Source: Pseudodesulfovibrio sp. (GTDB lineage Bacteria; Desulfobacterota; Desulfovibrionia; Desulfovibrionales; Desulfovibrionaceae). Taken from it: a DNA stretch of 64,000 nucleotides. Both the position numbers and the translations under genes were made by a program. Positions 47,208 to 56,205 of this stretch are shown one piece after another; position 1 is the first letter of the stretch, and each line of letters opens with the position of its first letter. The stretch is from assembly GCA_022712855.1 (NCBI GenBank), contig JAFLJT010000320.1, positions 3,915-67,914 on the forward strand, in the 5' to 3' direction. Under the pieces are notes generated by a model, which did no database searches, was not told the DNA's origin, and saw only the letters and a list, made by a program, of their open reading frames with translations.

Positions 47208-49010
47208 ATGGACAGCCCGATCGATATCATCTCACCCCAGACGGCGGGAACTCTTGATGGCCTCTTCCGAGAGCGCGTCAGACTTACTCCGGATGGAGAG
47301 GCATACAGGTCTTTTAATCAAGAAGTGGAATCATGGGAAAGCGTTCGCTGGCGGGAAGCAGCGGAATTGGTTGACCGTTGGAAGGGTGCTCTTTCCAAGG
47401 AAAACTTGTCCCCTGGGGATCGTGTCGCCGTCATGCTCGGGAACTGTCTGGAGTGGGTGCTGTTCGAGCAGGCTGCATTGGCGATGGGACTGGTTATTGT
47501 CCCATTGTATCTCAATGATCGCCCGGAAAATTTTGCATATATCCTTCGGGAAACAGAAGCCCACCTCCTGCTGATCGACGGGCTGGAACAGTGGCAGAGA
47601 ATCGAAGAGGTCCGCGAACCATTGGAAGACCTACGGCGAATAGTCTCATTGCACCCTGTATGTGAAGAGGACTGCGACCCCCGCATCAGGAATCTCGTTC
47701 AATGGTTGCCCGAGCACATTGAGAAGCAACCCGACTACGAATGTTCACCCGACGCGCTGGCCACAATCGTCTATACTTCGGGAACAACCGGAAGACCCAA
47801 GGGCGTGATGTTGAGCCACGCCAACATCCTCTCCAACGCCTATGCCGCCATGAAGATGACACCTGTGTATCCTGACGACCTGTTTCTCTCTTTTCTTCCC
47901 CTGTCGCACATGTTTGAACGCACAGTGGGTTACTATATCCCGATCATGACCGGTTCATGTGTCGTTTATGCCCGCTCCATCACAGGGCTGGCGGAAGACT
48001 TGCGGACTCAGAAGCCTACCATACTGGTTTCTGTCCCTCGCATATTCGAACGCATCCACGCAAAGATACAGGCAAAACTGGAGAAACGCCCTCCCTTGGC
48101 ACGTAAGCTTTTCTCTCTCGCGGTCAAGATTGGATGGCAGCGCTTTGAGTATCGGCAAGGCCGTGCCCCTTGGGTACCAACGTTGCTCCTCTGGCCCATC
48201 CTGAATCAATTGGTAGCCTCCAAGATTACGGCCCGTTTGGGCGGAAGATTGCGCATGACTGTCAGTGGTGGAGCTCCCTTATTCCCAACAATCGCCCGAT
48301 TTTTCATTGGTCTGGGCGTCCCTCTCATCCAGGGATACGGGCTAACGGAAACGAGTCCCATCATCTCCTTTAACAAGCCCGAGAGCAATGTCCCCAGCAG
48401 TGTCGGTCATGCTCTCCATGGAGTAGAAACTAAGGTAGCCGAAGACGGAGAGCTTCTGACCAGAGGCGATTGTGTCATGTTGGGCTACTGGCGCAACGAA
48501 AAAGCCACAGCCGAAGTCATCGATAGCGAGGGTTGGTTTCATACTGGTGACAAGGTCGATATCGACGAAACAGGTCGCATATCCATCACTGGTCGACTCA
48601 AGGAAATTATCGTTCTTACTAATGGTGAAAAGGTACCACCGGACGATCTCGAAATGGCCATCGCCATGGACCCGCTTTTCGATCAGGTGCTGATAGTCGG
48701 AGAGAGTCGCCCATACCTGCTGGCTGTAATTGTTCTCAACAAAGAACGATGGAGTGAATGGTTACATGCAATGGGGCGGGATTCCGAGGACGACACCCTC
48801 GCGAAGGACCATGACATACATGCCCATTTGCTACGGAGAATCTCAAAACAACTTGCCCCTTTTCCAGGATACGCCAAAGTTCGTAGGATCATCCCGACCT
48901 TCAGGCCATGGAGTGTAAAAGACGGTTTGATAACTCCCACGTTGAAGCCTCGACGCAAAAAGATATCGGCATTATTCGCGAAAGAGATCAAGGCGCTCTA
49001 TAAGCGATGA
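47208..49010 (+). CDS. Long-chain fatty-acid CoA ligase
   Basis: YTSGTTGRPKG, QGYGLTE, FHTGD, TPTLK. Confidence 0.9.
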   Translation: MDSPIDIISPQTAGTLDGLFRERVRLTPDGEAYRSFNQEVESWESVRWREAAELVDRWKGALSKENLSPGDRVAVMLGNCLEWVLFEQAALAMGLVIVPLYLNDRPENFAYILRETEAHLLLIDGLEQWQRIEEVREPLEDLRRIVSLHPVCEEDCDPRIRNLVQWLPEHIEKQPDYECSPDALATIVYTSGTTGRPKGVMLSHANILSNAYAAMKMTPVYPDDLFLSFLPLSHMFERTVGYYIPIMTGSCVVYARSITGLAEDLRTQKPTILVSVPRIFERIHAKIQAKLEKRPPLARKLFSLAVKIGWQRFEYRQGRAPWVPTLLLWPILNQLVASKITARLGGRLRMTVSGGAPLFPTIARFFIGLGVPLIQGYGLTETSPIISFNKPESNVPSSVGHALHGVETKVAEDGELLTRGDCVMLGYWRNEKATAEVIDSEGWFHTGDKVDIDETGRISITGRLKEIIVLTNGEKVPPDDLEMAIAMDPLFDQVLIVGESRPYLLAVIVLNKERWSEWLHAMGRDSEDDTLAKDHDIHAHLLRRISKQLAPFPGYAKVRRIIPTFRPWSVKDGLITPTLKPRRKKISALFAKEIKALYKR

Positions 49011-49334
49011 TTTCTTGTGGGCCCATCCGGTCTATCGTTCTTTGGCTATAATCCTAAATTCAACAATACGCCTTAGTTCGATTATTCAATCTTGAGAAGT
49101 GATTTCCAGTTGACTAATGCGGCAGAGCAATTCGCAAACAATAATAGGACTCGCTCGGCAGCATATTGTATTTGTATATTGGAACCCAACAAGGGGGCAT
49201 CATGGGGGAATACACCTCTACGGTTGCCATAGACGACAAGTACTGGTGTATGGAGCTCAAGGGAAATCATGCCGACCCCGTGCAGATAGAAGACTGCAAA
49301 AACTACAGCAAGCGATTTTCAATCCTGACTCTGC

Positions 49335-49411
49335 TGTCCGCAAAGTGTACGCAAATCCGCGTACACTTTTAGGCAGTTTCCGGTAGTTTTCGGCAGTTTC
49401 CAAAAGATACC
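49335..49411. repeat. Right-end module copy 2
   Basis: TGTCCGCA/TGTACGCA/CGCGTACA; GGYAGTTTY x3; AAAAGATACC. Confidence 0.8.
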
Positions 49412-49483
49412 ACTTCGACAACTATTTCAGAACTGCAATGATTTAAGAGAATAGAGAACTATTATTTCAATCTCACCAACAAA

Positions 49484-49528
49484 TTCGTAATCAGTAGGTC
49501 GTGAGTTCAATTCTCATTCTTGGCTCCA
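49484..49528 (+). tRNA. tRNA-Thr(CGT) 3' half, att junction 3
   Basis: 45-nt fragment, GTGAG/CTCAT variant. Confidence 0.92.
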
Positions 49529-49536
49529 ACGAAATC

Positions 49537-49567
49537 AAGGGTTTAGCTTAAAGCTAAACCCTTTTTT
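49537..49567 (+). terminator. Terminator after tRNA fragment 3
   Basis: AAGGGTTTAGCT-TAA-AGCTAAACCCTTTTTT. Confidence 0.8.
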
Positions 49568-50012
49568 GTTCTTAGCGCCCCATTTTGTACAACCATAGTA
49601 CAACCTTTTCCCGTGTAGATTAGTGTTCTTTCGTCAGTTCTGTGTTGCTATTTGAATTATCTCTGCCAAAGTAAAAAAAAGAGAAAGCTCCTACAAAGAG
49701 TCCTTCGTAGGAGCTAAATCGCAGAGGTGCTCAGAAACAAAAAAACCAGAGATACGAGGATTTTATGTGGAAAACTGCAGGATTCACGACCAATCACATA
49801 CTATCAAGCACTCTCTATAAACGACAGTAATCATGACATATTCATTAGATATCAGCATCATTCACAATCACTCTTTGTCTCGCCAAATCCCTGTACAATC
49901 CTTGTACAGATTTCCCACCTAATAAATTGAAAGAAAAATATACTAACAATTGGCATTGTTAAACACGTATTCTATCGATGCTACTCAAAACCACTCACAC
50001 CTAGTATATTTG

Positions 50013-50052
50013 AAAGAGGCTGCAGTCGCCCTACGACGACTGCAGCCTCTTC
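50013..50052 (-). terminator. Terminator of the molybdoenzyme operon
   Basis: AAGAGGCTGCAGTCG...CGACTGCAGCCTCTT. Confidence 0.75.
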
Positions 50053-50103
50053 ATCTGTTGATTAAGCAAGAGTTATCCTCAGAGTACGCTTAATCATTAC
50101 TTC

Positions 50104-50658
50104 CTATGCAGGCGTCCGAACATAAAGCACTGACTGTGCGCTCATCTTCTTGACGATCTCCTTGCCTGCGTCTAGCGCCGACTGCTTCAGCAACTCCTTC
50201 TCGCCAAAACTGAGAGCGTCAGTCAGGCAAGACTCTACGCAGACTGGCTCTTCACCCATGGCAATCTTCGCGCTGCACATGTCGCACTTGTGTGCGTGTC
50301 CATTCAATTCATCAAACTGAATGACATCGTATGGACAGGCTTCCATGCATGCTTTGGCCCCGTTGCATTTGTCTGTGTCGATATGGACAATGCCAGTGCC
50401 TGGATCCTTGGTGATTGCATCGGAATCACAGGCCTTGATGCATTGGGCGTTCTTACAGTGCTGGCATGGGATGACGCGACTGGTCAGGCTCAGATTGGGG
50501 AATACGCCTTCCCTGACGCTCTCCACCCGCAGGTAATGAGGCATTTGCCCGGGCATGGCCTCGTGATCGGTCAGGTCGTTGGCGTTTCGGCAGGCGACGA
50601 TGCATGTTTTGCATCCGATGCACCTATCGAGATCTACCATAAGACTTAATTGAGTCAT
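50104..50658 (-). CDS. 4Fe-4S subunit (DmsB/PsrB/NrfC family)
   Basis: CIGCKTC..AC, CQHC....C...C, C.GA..C..ACPY, KCDMC...P.C..C. Confidence 0.9.
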   Translation of the reverse strand: MTQLSLMVDLDRCIGCKTCIVACRNANDLTDHEAMPGQMPHYLRVESVREGVFPNLSLTSRVIPCQHCKNAQCIKACDSDAITKDPGTGIVHIDTDKCNGAKACMEACPYDVIQFDELNGHAHKCDMCSAKIAMGEEPVCVESCLTDALSFGEKELLKQSALDAGKEIVKKMSAQSVLYVRTPA

Positions 50659-50673
50659 GGTGTGCTCCTTTTG

Positions 50674-52809
50674 CTAGACGATGCTTACTCGGGTCGAGAC
50701 GTGAGATTCGCCTCCAACCATATCCTGCCACTCAAGGGTCGACCCGGAATCGGGTATGAGTGCGTTGTCACTCACTCCATCTCCGGTGACTGCCACTCGG
50801 CCGATGGTGCTGCCAAAACCGTGATGCAGCCCCAGGCAATCGGGGCGAATCCGTTCGGACAGCTTGGCCCTGGCCTGTACCTCACCCGTTCTAGAGCGCA
50901 GGGTGATCACATCGCCATTGGCGATACCCAACTCCACGGCCTTGGCTGTATTGATAAGTACGGGATTGTCGTACATCCCGCTGACGGGGTCACGCAATTG
51001 CGGGTTGTTATGCGTCCACTGTCCGCTGCCCTGATGGAATATGGTACGGTAGGAGACAAGAATGAATGGATATTTGTCCACATCCACCTCGTATTCCGCT
51101 GCCAGACCGGGACGCGGCATGGCCTGATCGACTGCTTCCAGATCTTCCCAATACAGGTGGACCTTTCCGCTCGGTGTGCCAAAACCGCCCGCCTGCTCAT
51201 ACTTGCGGAATCCCATGGTTCCAGTTGTCCAGATTCCACCCATTTCCAACAGCTTCTCCACCGAAAGGCCGAGACCGGCAAGTTGGATGTCATAGAATTC
51301 AAGATCGTCCTTGAAATCGAAGTACTCGGGCGTCAGACGCTTACCCAGTTCAATGAACACTTCATTGGAATGACGGCATTCTCCTGCGGCCTCAACCACA
51401 GGCTGCCTCAGCAAAATCCCCTGGCCGAAGTTGTACCACCACGGCATGTACATGAGTTCCCACCGTTCAAAGTAGGATTTGTCAGGAAGAACAAGGTCCG
51501 CATATTTGGATGTTTCGGACAGCATGAGTTCATAGCTGACCATGAGTTCCAACTTGTATTCTTCGTCTCCCTCACCGGCCATACAAACAGCCTTGCGCCA
51601 CTCATCCTGACCCATCTCGGTCATGGCAGGGTTACACTCGGATACCAGAAGCATTTTCAGCCCGTCATCCTTGATGGCCTGTGCCTCGTACCAGGTGGGT
51701 TCCATGATGAACCCGTAATTGTCGAACATGTCTCGGTTGGGACCGGTGCGATGCCAACCCAGTTCGCTCAGGTCCGGACCTGTCGGAATCGGTTCCACTG
51801 GCGACATCGGAGTGAGGCTTGGCAGCGGTTGGCCGCCGGGATTGTCGATGTTGCCGGTAACTGCAAGGAGCATGGTCCATGCGTGCCCGAAGTCCATTGC
51901 CTGCCCGAGCATTATTCCCTTGAAGCTATCAATGCCAACGGATGGTGCAGCCGCACACATGTCGGCGAGCTTGACGATATTCTTGGCCGAGACGTCGCAA
52001 ATGACGCTCATGGCCTGAGGTGTCTTGTCGGCGATGTATTCCTTGAGTTTGTCGAAATCGCCTTCCCTGATCCAGTTTTCCACGAACTTCTTGTTATACA
52101 GTTCGTTTGTCACGATATGGTTGATCATTCCGAGGAACAGGGCAGTGTCGCCAGCGGGCTTGATGGGAATCCACCAGTCAGCCTTGGCCGCATCTGCTGT
52201 GAACAGCGGATCGATGACCACCAGCTTGGCTCCACGCTCCTTGGCATTGAGAATATCTCTCGGAACAGCCGCATCATCCAGACAACCGAAAGCATGTCGC
52301 CCGGCCATAATCATAATTCCCCCCTTGGGGACTGTGTCGAATGCAGGCGGGATATGATGATTGGGAACGCCGCCCATGGCCTTGATGAAAGACAATATCT
52401 TGGCAGAGTCGCAATGGGGTAGAGCCGTATTGATGAATCCGCCGTAGGCATCGAGAAAACGCCATTTGGGATCGGTTATGGAGTGAGGGAAGAAGCTGGC
52501 TGTGAATTTGTGCGCTTCACCTCTCTCTTTCAGGTCAGTGAGTTTGTCCGCCATGATGTCCATGGCTTCGTCCCAACTGATGCGCTCGAATTTCCCTTCG
52601 CCGCGTTTGCCCACACGTTTGAGAGGATGGGTAAGTCGATCAGGATTGTACTGGAGAGAAACTCCGGCCATGCCCTTGACGCATGCCTTGCCGCGCCCCT
52701 TGGGATTGCCTTTGATTTCCTTGACCACACCGTCTTCCACACGCACCAGGATGGCGCATTCGGCCTTGCACTGATAGCAAGCCGTTGGGGTCCAACCGTT
52801 CCGTTCCAT
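50674..52809 (-). CDS. Molybdopterin (Mo/W-bisPGD) oxidoreductase catalytic subunit without a Tat signal
   Basis: CYQCKAEC...CVKG, RLTHPLKRVG.RGEGKF.RISWDEA, PHC ligand region, YADLVLP. Confidence 0.9.
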   Translation of the reverse strand: MERNGWTPTACYQCKAECAILVRVEDGVVKEIKGNPKGRGKACVKGMAGVSLQYNPDRLTHPLKRVGKRGEGKFERISWDEAMDIMADKLTDLKERGEAHKFTASFFPHSITDPKWRFLDAYGGFINTALPHCDSAKILSFIKAMGGVPNHHIPPAFDTVPKGGIMIMAGRHAFGCLDDAAVPRDILNAKERGAKLVVIDPLFTADAAKADWWIPIKPAGDTALFLGMINHIVTNELYNKKFVENWIREGDFDKLKEYIADKTPQAMSVICDVSAKNIVKLADMCAAAPSVGIDSFKGIMLGQAMDFGHAWTMLLAVTGNIDNPGGQPLPSLTPMSPVEPIPTGPDLSELGWHRTGPNRDMFDNYGFIMEPTWYEAQAIKDDGLKMLLVSECNPAMTEMGQDEWRKAVCMAGEGDEEYKLELMVSYELMLSETSKYADLVLPDKSYFERWELMYMPWWYNFGQGILLRQPVVEAAGECRHSNEVFIELGKRLTPEYFDFKDDLEFYDIQLAGLGLSVEKLLEMGGIWTTGTMGFRKYEQAGGFGTPSGKVHLYWEDLEAVDQAMPRPGLAAEYEVDVDKYPFILVSYRTIFHQGSGQWTHNNPQLRDPVSGMYDNPVLINTAKAVELGIANGDVITLRSRTGEVQARAKLSERIRPDCLGLHHGFGSTIGRVAVTGDGVSDNALIPDSGSTLEWQDMVGGESHVSTRVSIV

Positions 52810-53056
52810 GACCTCCTCCTTCCTCTTGTGGTCGGCACCAGCATGAGCAGCTACCGAGACAAGGGTGTCGCAATTACATTTTCTATACTCAATGACTCCG
52901 ACTCTTTCACGTAGTTTTATTTATTCCGTTCTCAGGATAGTCTGGATGTTTGCTCCTGAACACACGGACCACTCTGTAAACCAACACTATGGCCCCTGAA
53001 AAGATTCCCCATATTGCAGGGTTGAAAGGTGAATATTGATAATCCACAGACTCCTC

Positions 53057-53929
53057 CTATAGTTTGAGCATGTAGTTGCTTTTATCCTTGTAAATGGCTT
53101 TGACCCTCTCCGGGTTGGAAACGATCTGGAAGACGATTCCCACAAACAGAATTCCGCCGATGAGATTGCCGAGAACGGTGTATAATTGATTATGAGCCCA
53201 GCCATATTGGCCGAACCCCCAATGCAGAAGAGTAAAGGGCTTTCCGGCCATCACATTGAGATACATGTCCTGTTGGAACAGCGGCAGGGCCAGAAATCCG
53301 ATGTTGGCGATACAATGCTCCGTCATCCCGGCCACGAATGCCAGTGGGCCGAATGCGGCCATGACGATCTTTGCCATGTCTCCTTCGGCCTTCACATAAA
53401 GAATGGCAGCGACCTGAAGCATCCAAGTACATACAATGCCCATGACAAACGTTTCCCCCGCTGTCTGGCCCATTTTCGCCACCCCTATCTGGTGGGCGCG
53501 TAACAACCATGGCAAATGAGCATAGCTGGCGGATTGGCTGATGAGCCACATGAAGAACATTGATCCGAGGAAGTTGCCTATATATCCGAGCAGGACACCC
53601 CAAGCGAACCATCCCCAGCTGATACGGCCGTGAAAGATACCGATGATACCAATGTACATATCCGCTGTCACAAGCGCCATGCCACTGATCATAATGATGA
53701 CAAGGGAAAATGCGAAGACCAGGCCCATAAGCAGGTTGGCCATGCCCGGCCCCATATGCTGCGAGACCCCCGCGCTCACAGACAATGCCAATGTTGCACC
53801 GAATGCGACCATCGCCCCGCCTGCGAACCCGCTCACCAGATAGGCTGCGGGTCGATTCCTGATCATGTCCCATTTGTATTCACAGACATCAGCAACCCTG
53901 ACCACAAGTTCGTCAATGTTAGCTGGCAC
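53057..53929 (-). CDS. Formate/nitrite transporter (FNT) family channel
   Basis: AGG.M..FG, LVTAD, GNFLG, EHCIAN, GNLIGG. Confidence 0.85.
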   Translation of the reverse strand: MPANIDELVVRVADVCEYKWDMIRNRPAAYLVSGFAGGAMVAFGATLALSVSAGVSQHMGPGMANLLMGLVFAFSLVIIMISGMALVTADMYIGIIGIFHGRISWGWFAWGVLLGYIGNFLGSMFFMWLISQSASYAHLPWLLRAHQIGVAKMGQTAGETFVMGIVCTWMLQVAAILYVKAEGDMAKIVMAAFGPLAFVAGMTEHCIANIGFLALPLFQQDMYLNVMAGKPFTLLHWGFGQYGWAHNQLYTVLGNLIGGILFVGIVFQIVSNPERVKAIYKDKSNYMLKL

Positions 53930-53994
53930 TTTTCCGCTCCCTGGCTATTGATCCAAAACATGCGAGCGCACGCACGATGCCTACCCCTCATGAA

Positions 53995-54022
53995 TAAGAT
54001 GCTCGGGGCGCGGAAAAAGTTC
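53995..54022 (-). promoter_or_regulatory. Putative ECF-type promoter GAACTT-N17-TCTTA upstream of the FNT gene
   Basis: Resembles sigmaE-type consensus; lies directly downstream of the ECF gene. Confidence 0.5.
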
Positions 54023-54052
54023 GGTCTAGGCCGGCCGGGGGATGCGGGAGGT

Positions 54053-55429
54053 TTAAGTGATATCCGGGCGAATAAAACTATCCAGTTTACAGGGGCGAGC
54101 CAGAATGCCCGCTTTCAACGCGAGGCCCATGGCTTGTTCGGCCCTGTCCATGGAGGGACGAAGGTCATTGAAGGAAATGTGCCCTTGTTCAACAACTCCG
54201 CTGGCTATACCGGCGGGCACACCGGTGTAGGACTCTTGAATACGGCCACTTGCAGCAGGGTCAGCATATACGGCATCTCGCGCCCGAAGCAGGGACTCGA
54301 CATACTGCTTGAGCAGTTCGGGATGTGCGGTCGCAAATTCTTTTCTGACCGTGAGGCCACAGCACATATGGCCCGGTGACATGTCACCGGAGCGGGCGAT
54401 AACCCGGCCTGAGCCATCAGCTACGGATTTGGCACTCCATGGTTCGGAGCAGAAGAAAGCACTAATCTTTTGTGTCTTGAGAGACCGGATAATATATGAC
54501 GGATTGATGTATTCCGGTCTGACACTTGACTCGGTATTCTGCCCCAGGTCCATATGAGATTTGAGAATCGCCGCGTGAGTCGAGATGGCGTATGGCAGAC
54601 CCATCCGGCCATCCTTGAGGCTGTCATCTTTACTGCCAATGGTCAGCGCACTGCCGTCATGGTGTCCGTCGAGAACATATATGATCTCCATTCCCTTGGA
54701 GTGCAACGACATGGCAAGTGGGGCCATGACAAATGCAGCGTCCAGAAGTCCGTTGGCCAGTGCTTGTACGAGGGCGGACCAAGATAAGAATCGCTGAAGG
54801 TGTACTTCGCAATTGGTCTGAATATGCCGTGCATGAGAAACCATGGCCAAAAGGTGGTCGGAGATGGGCAAGTAGCCAACCCTGATAACGCGCGCCTGAC
54901 TCTTCTGATATTCCCGGATAATCGTCTCGCGAGCCCCATGCAAGCGGCGCTTAAGGGTCCCCAATGGCAGCCCCAGACTCTCGGCGATCTCTTTATAGGG
55001 TCGGCCATGGATATAGCGCTGGATACATGCCTCTTTGTCTCTGCCTTCCAGAGAACCAAGAATGCGAGCAATGATTTCGCGTGTTTGGTAACGCACCGCC
55101 ACTTCATAAGGGCTTGGGTCGAGAGAGGGAAACATATCCATCCCCGGCAGTTGATCCGGCTGCCGCTTCATGTCGCGCAAGGCTCGGTACATGCTCGTTG
55201 AGAGGATCGCCCGGAACCAACCGGGAAAAGCAGCGGGATTGCGCAGGTTATGAAGCTTTTCGCAGGCGATCATGTATGCGTCTTGCAAGATGTCTTCAGC
55301 CATATCCTTGTTGCGTATCTGCCTGAAAATATAGGCATGCGACATCCCTTCGAGAAGCTTGAAGGCCTCTGCCAAAGCGTAAGTGTCGCCACTCAAGGCT
55401 CTTTCAATGTAGTATGTACATTTTTTCAT
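54053..55429 (-). CDS. ECF sigma factor fused to an NrtA/CmpA-like (NMT1_2) substrate-binding domain
   Basis: AEDILQD...AFPGWF (region 2), YKEIAESLGLPLGTLKRRL (region 4), then IRVGYLPISDH, F.SW, GHH.GS-like, EPW, HMCC. Confidence 0.82.
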   Translation of the reverse strand: MKKCTYYIERALSGDTYALAEAFKLLEGMSHAYIFRQIRNKDMAEDILQDAYMIACEKLHNLRNPAAFPGWFRAILSTSMYRALRDMKRQPDQLPGMDMFPSLDPSPYEVAVRYQTREIIARILGSLEGRDKEACIQRYIHGRPYKEIAESLGLPLGTLKRRLHGARETIIREYQKSQARVIRVGYLPISDHLLAMVSHARHIQTNCEVHLQRFLSWSALVQALANGLLDAAFVMAPLAMSLHSKGMEIIYVLDGHHDGSALTIGSKDDSLKDGRMGLPYAISTHAAILKSHMDLGQNTESSVRPEYINPSYIIRSLKTQKISAFFCSEPWSAKSVADGSGRVIARSGDMSPGHMCCGLTVRKEFATAHPELLKQYVESLLRARDAVYADPAASGRIQESYTGVPAGIASGVVEQGHISFNDLRPSMDRAEQAMGLALKAGILARPCKLDSFIRPDIT

Positions 55430-55830
55430 GGCTCCACCGACACAGGCTGGGAAATGTTTGCATCACCTTAGCGCTTGATCGGCTTATTAGGCAACCTCGA
55501 GGTACTCCGAGTGTGGCATAATCCATTTCAGCCTCTGCGGAGGGTCAATGAATCAATTGGAAGGCGCATAAGTCGTTGTTTCAGGGCATACCCCACCTTA
55601 CACTCCGCTTCCCCACGTATTCTGTCAGAATAGAATCCAGAAACAATTTGTTTGGCAGACTATCATCCCATGTTATTACCCCTATTCGGAGATATGATAT
55701 TCAGAAGCAATAATTCGGGGAACTAATGGCACCCACAACGTAATGGTTCACCAAAGAAGACCTCCTCTTTAGACAGTAGCTCTACCCTAGATAACATATT
55801 GGAATTATTCGTCTTATTTAAAACAACCGT

Positions 55831-55875
55831 TTCGTAATCAGTAGGTCGTCGGTTCAATTCCGATTCTTGGCTCCA
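55831..55875 (+). tRNA. tRNA-Thr(CGT) 3' half, att junction 4
   Basis: 45-nt fragment identical to copy 1. Confidence 0.92.
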
Positions 55876-55885
55876 CGGAAAGATC

Positions 55886-55921
55886 AAGCCCCACGGCGAC
55901 TTATGTCACCATGGGGCTTTT
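55886..55921 (+). terminator. Terminator after tRNA fragment 4
   Basis: AAGCCCCA...TGGGGCTTTT. Confidence 0.8.
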
Positions 55922-55959
55922 CCAATTGTAAGCACATGAACCAAAAACAAGCAAAAAGG

Positions 55960-56043
55960 TGCGTACAGTTTGCGTACAATTCAACTCTGCCATTCATGAA
56001 TTCAGCACGTTAGCCTCAACCGCCTACTGATTCCAAATCAGTT
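55960..56043. repeat. Left-end module copy 3
   Basis: TGCGTACA-N3-TGCGTACA; ATTCAGcacgTTA; CCTACTGA-TTCCAAA-TCAGTT. Confidence 0.8.
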
Positions 56044-56205
56044 ATTTACCGGAAAAATCGCTCACTCAGTGGTCTTTAAAAAATAATAACACTCACCATT
56101 CATTTTCCGCTTGCAAACGGTGACATTTTTCTATTTAAGTAAAACATAGAAAAGTGTCTTCTCCTGTTTATTCCCAACTGTATTCCTACTTCCTTGGCGG
56201 TGAAT

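Larger units (their letters stand above)
40905..49483. mobile_element. Integrase-less cassette 2 (beta-oxidation cargo)
   Basis: Bounded by tRNA 3' fragments; both end modules present. Confidence 0.8.
49484..55830. mobile_element. Integrase-less segment 3 (molybdoenzyme cargo) with a different end type
   Basis: Bounded by tRNA fragments; own terminator; GTACAACC pair at ~49587-49605. Confidence 0.7.

Noticed and set aside
50650-52422. 590-aa plus-strand ORF
   Set aside because: Antisense shadow of the molybdoenzyme gene.
34729-55875. Four intact tRNA genes or a CRISPR-like repeat array
   Set aside because: Each copy lacks the 5' half, and the spacing is 6-9 kb with whole operons between copies; these are att junctions.
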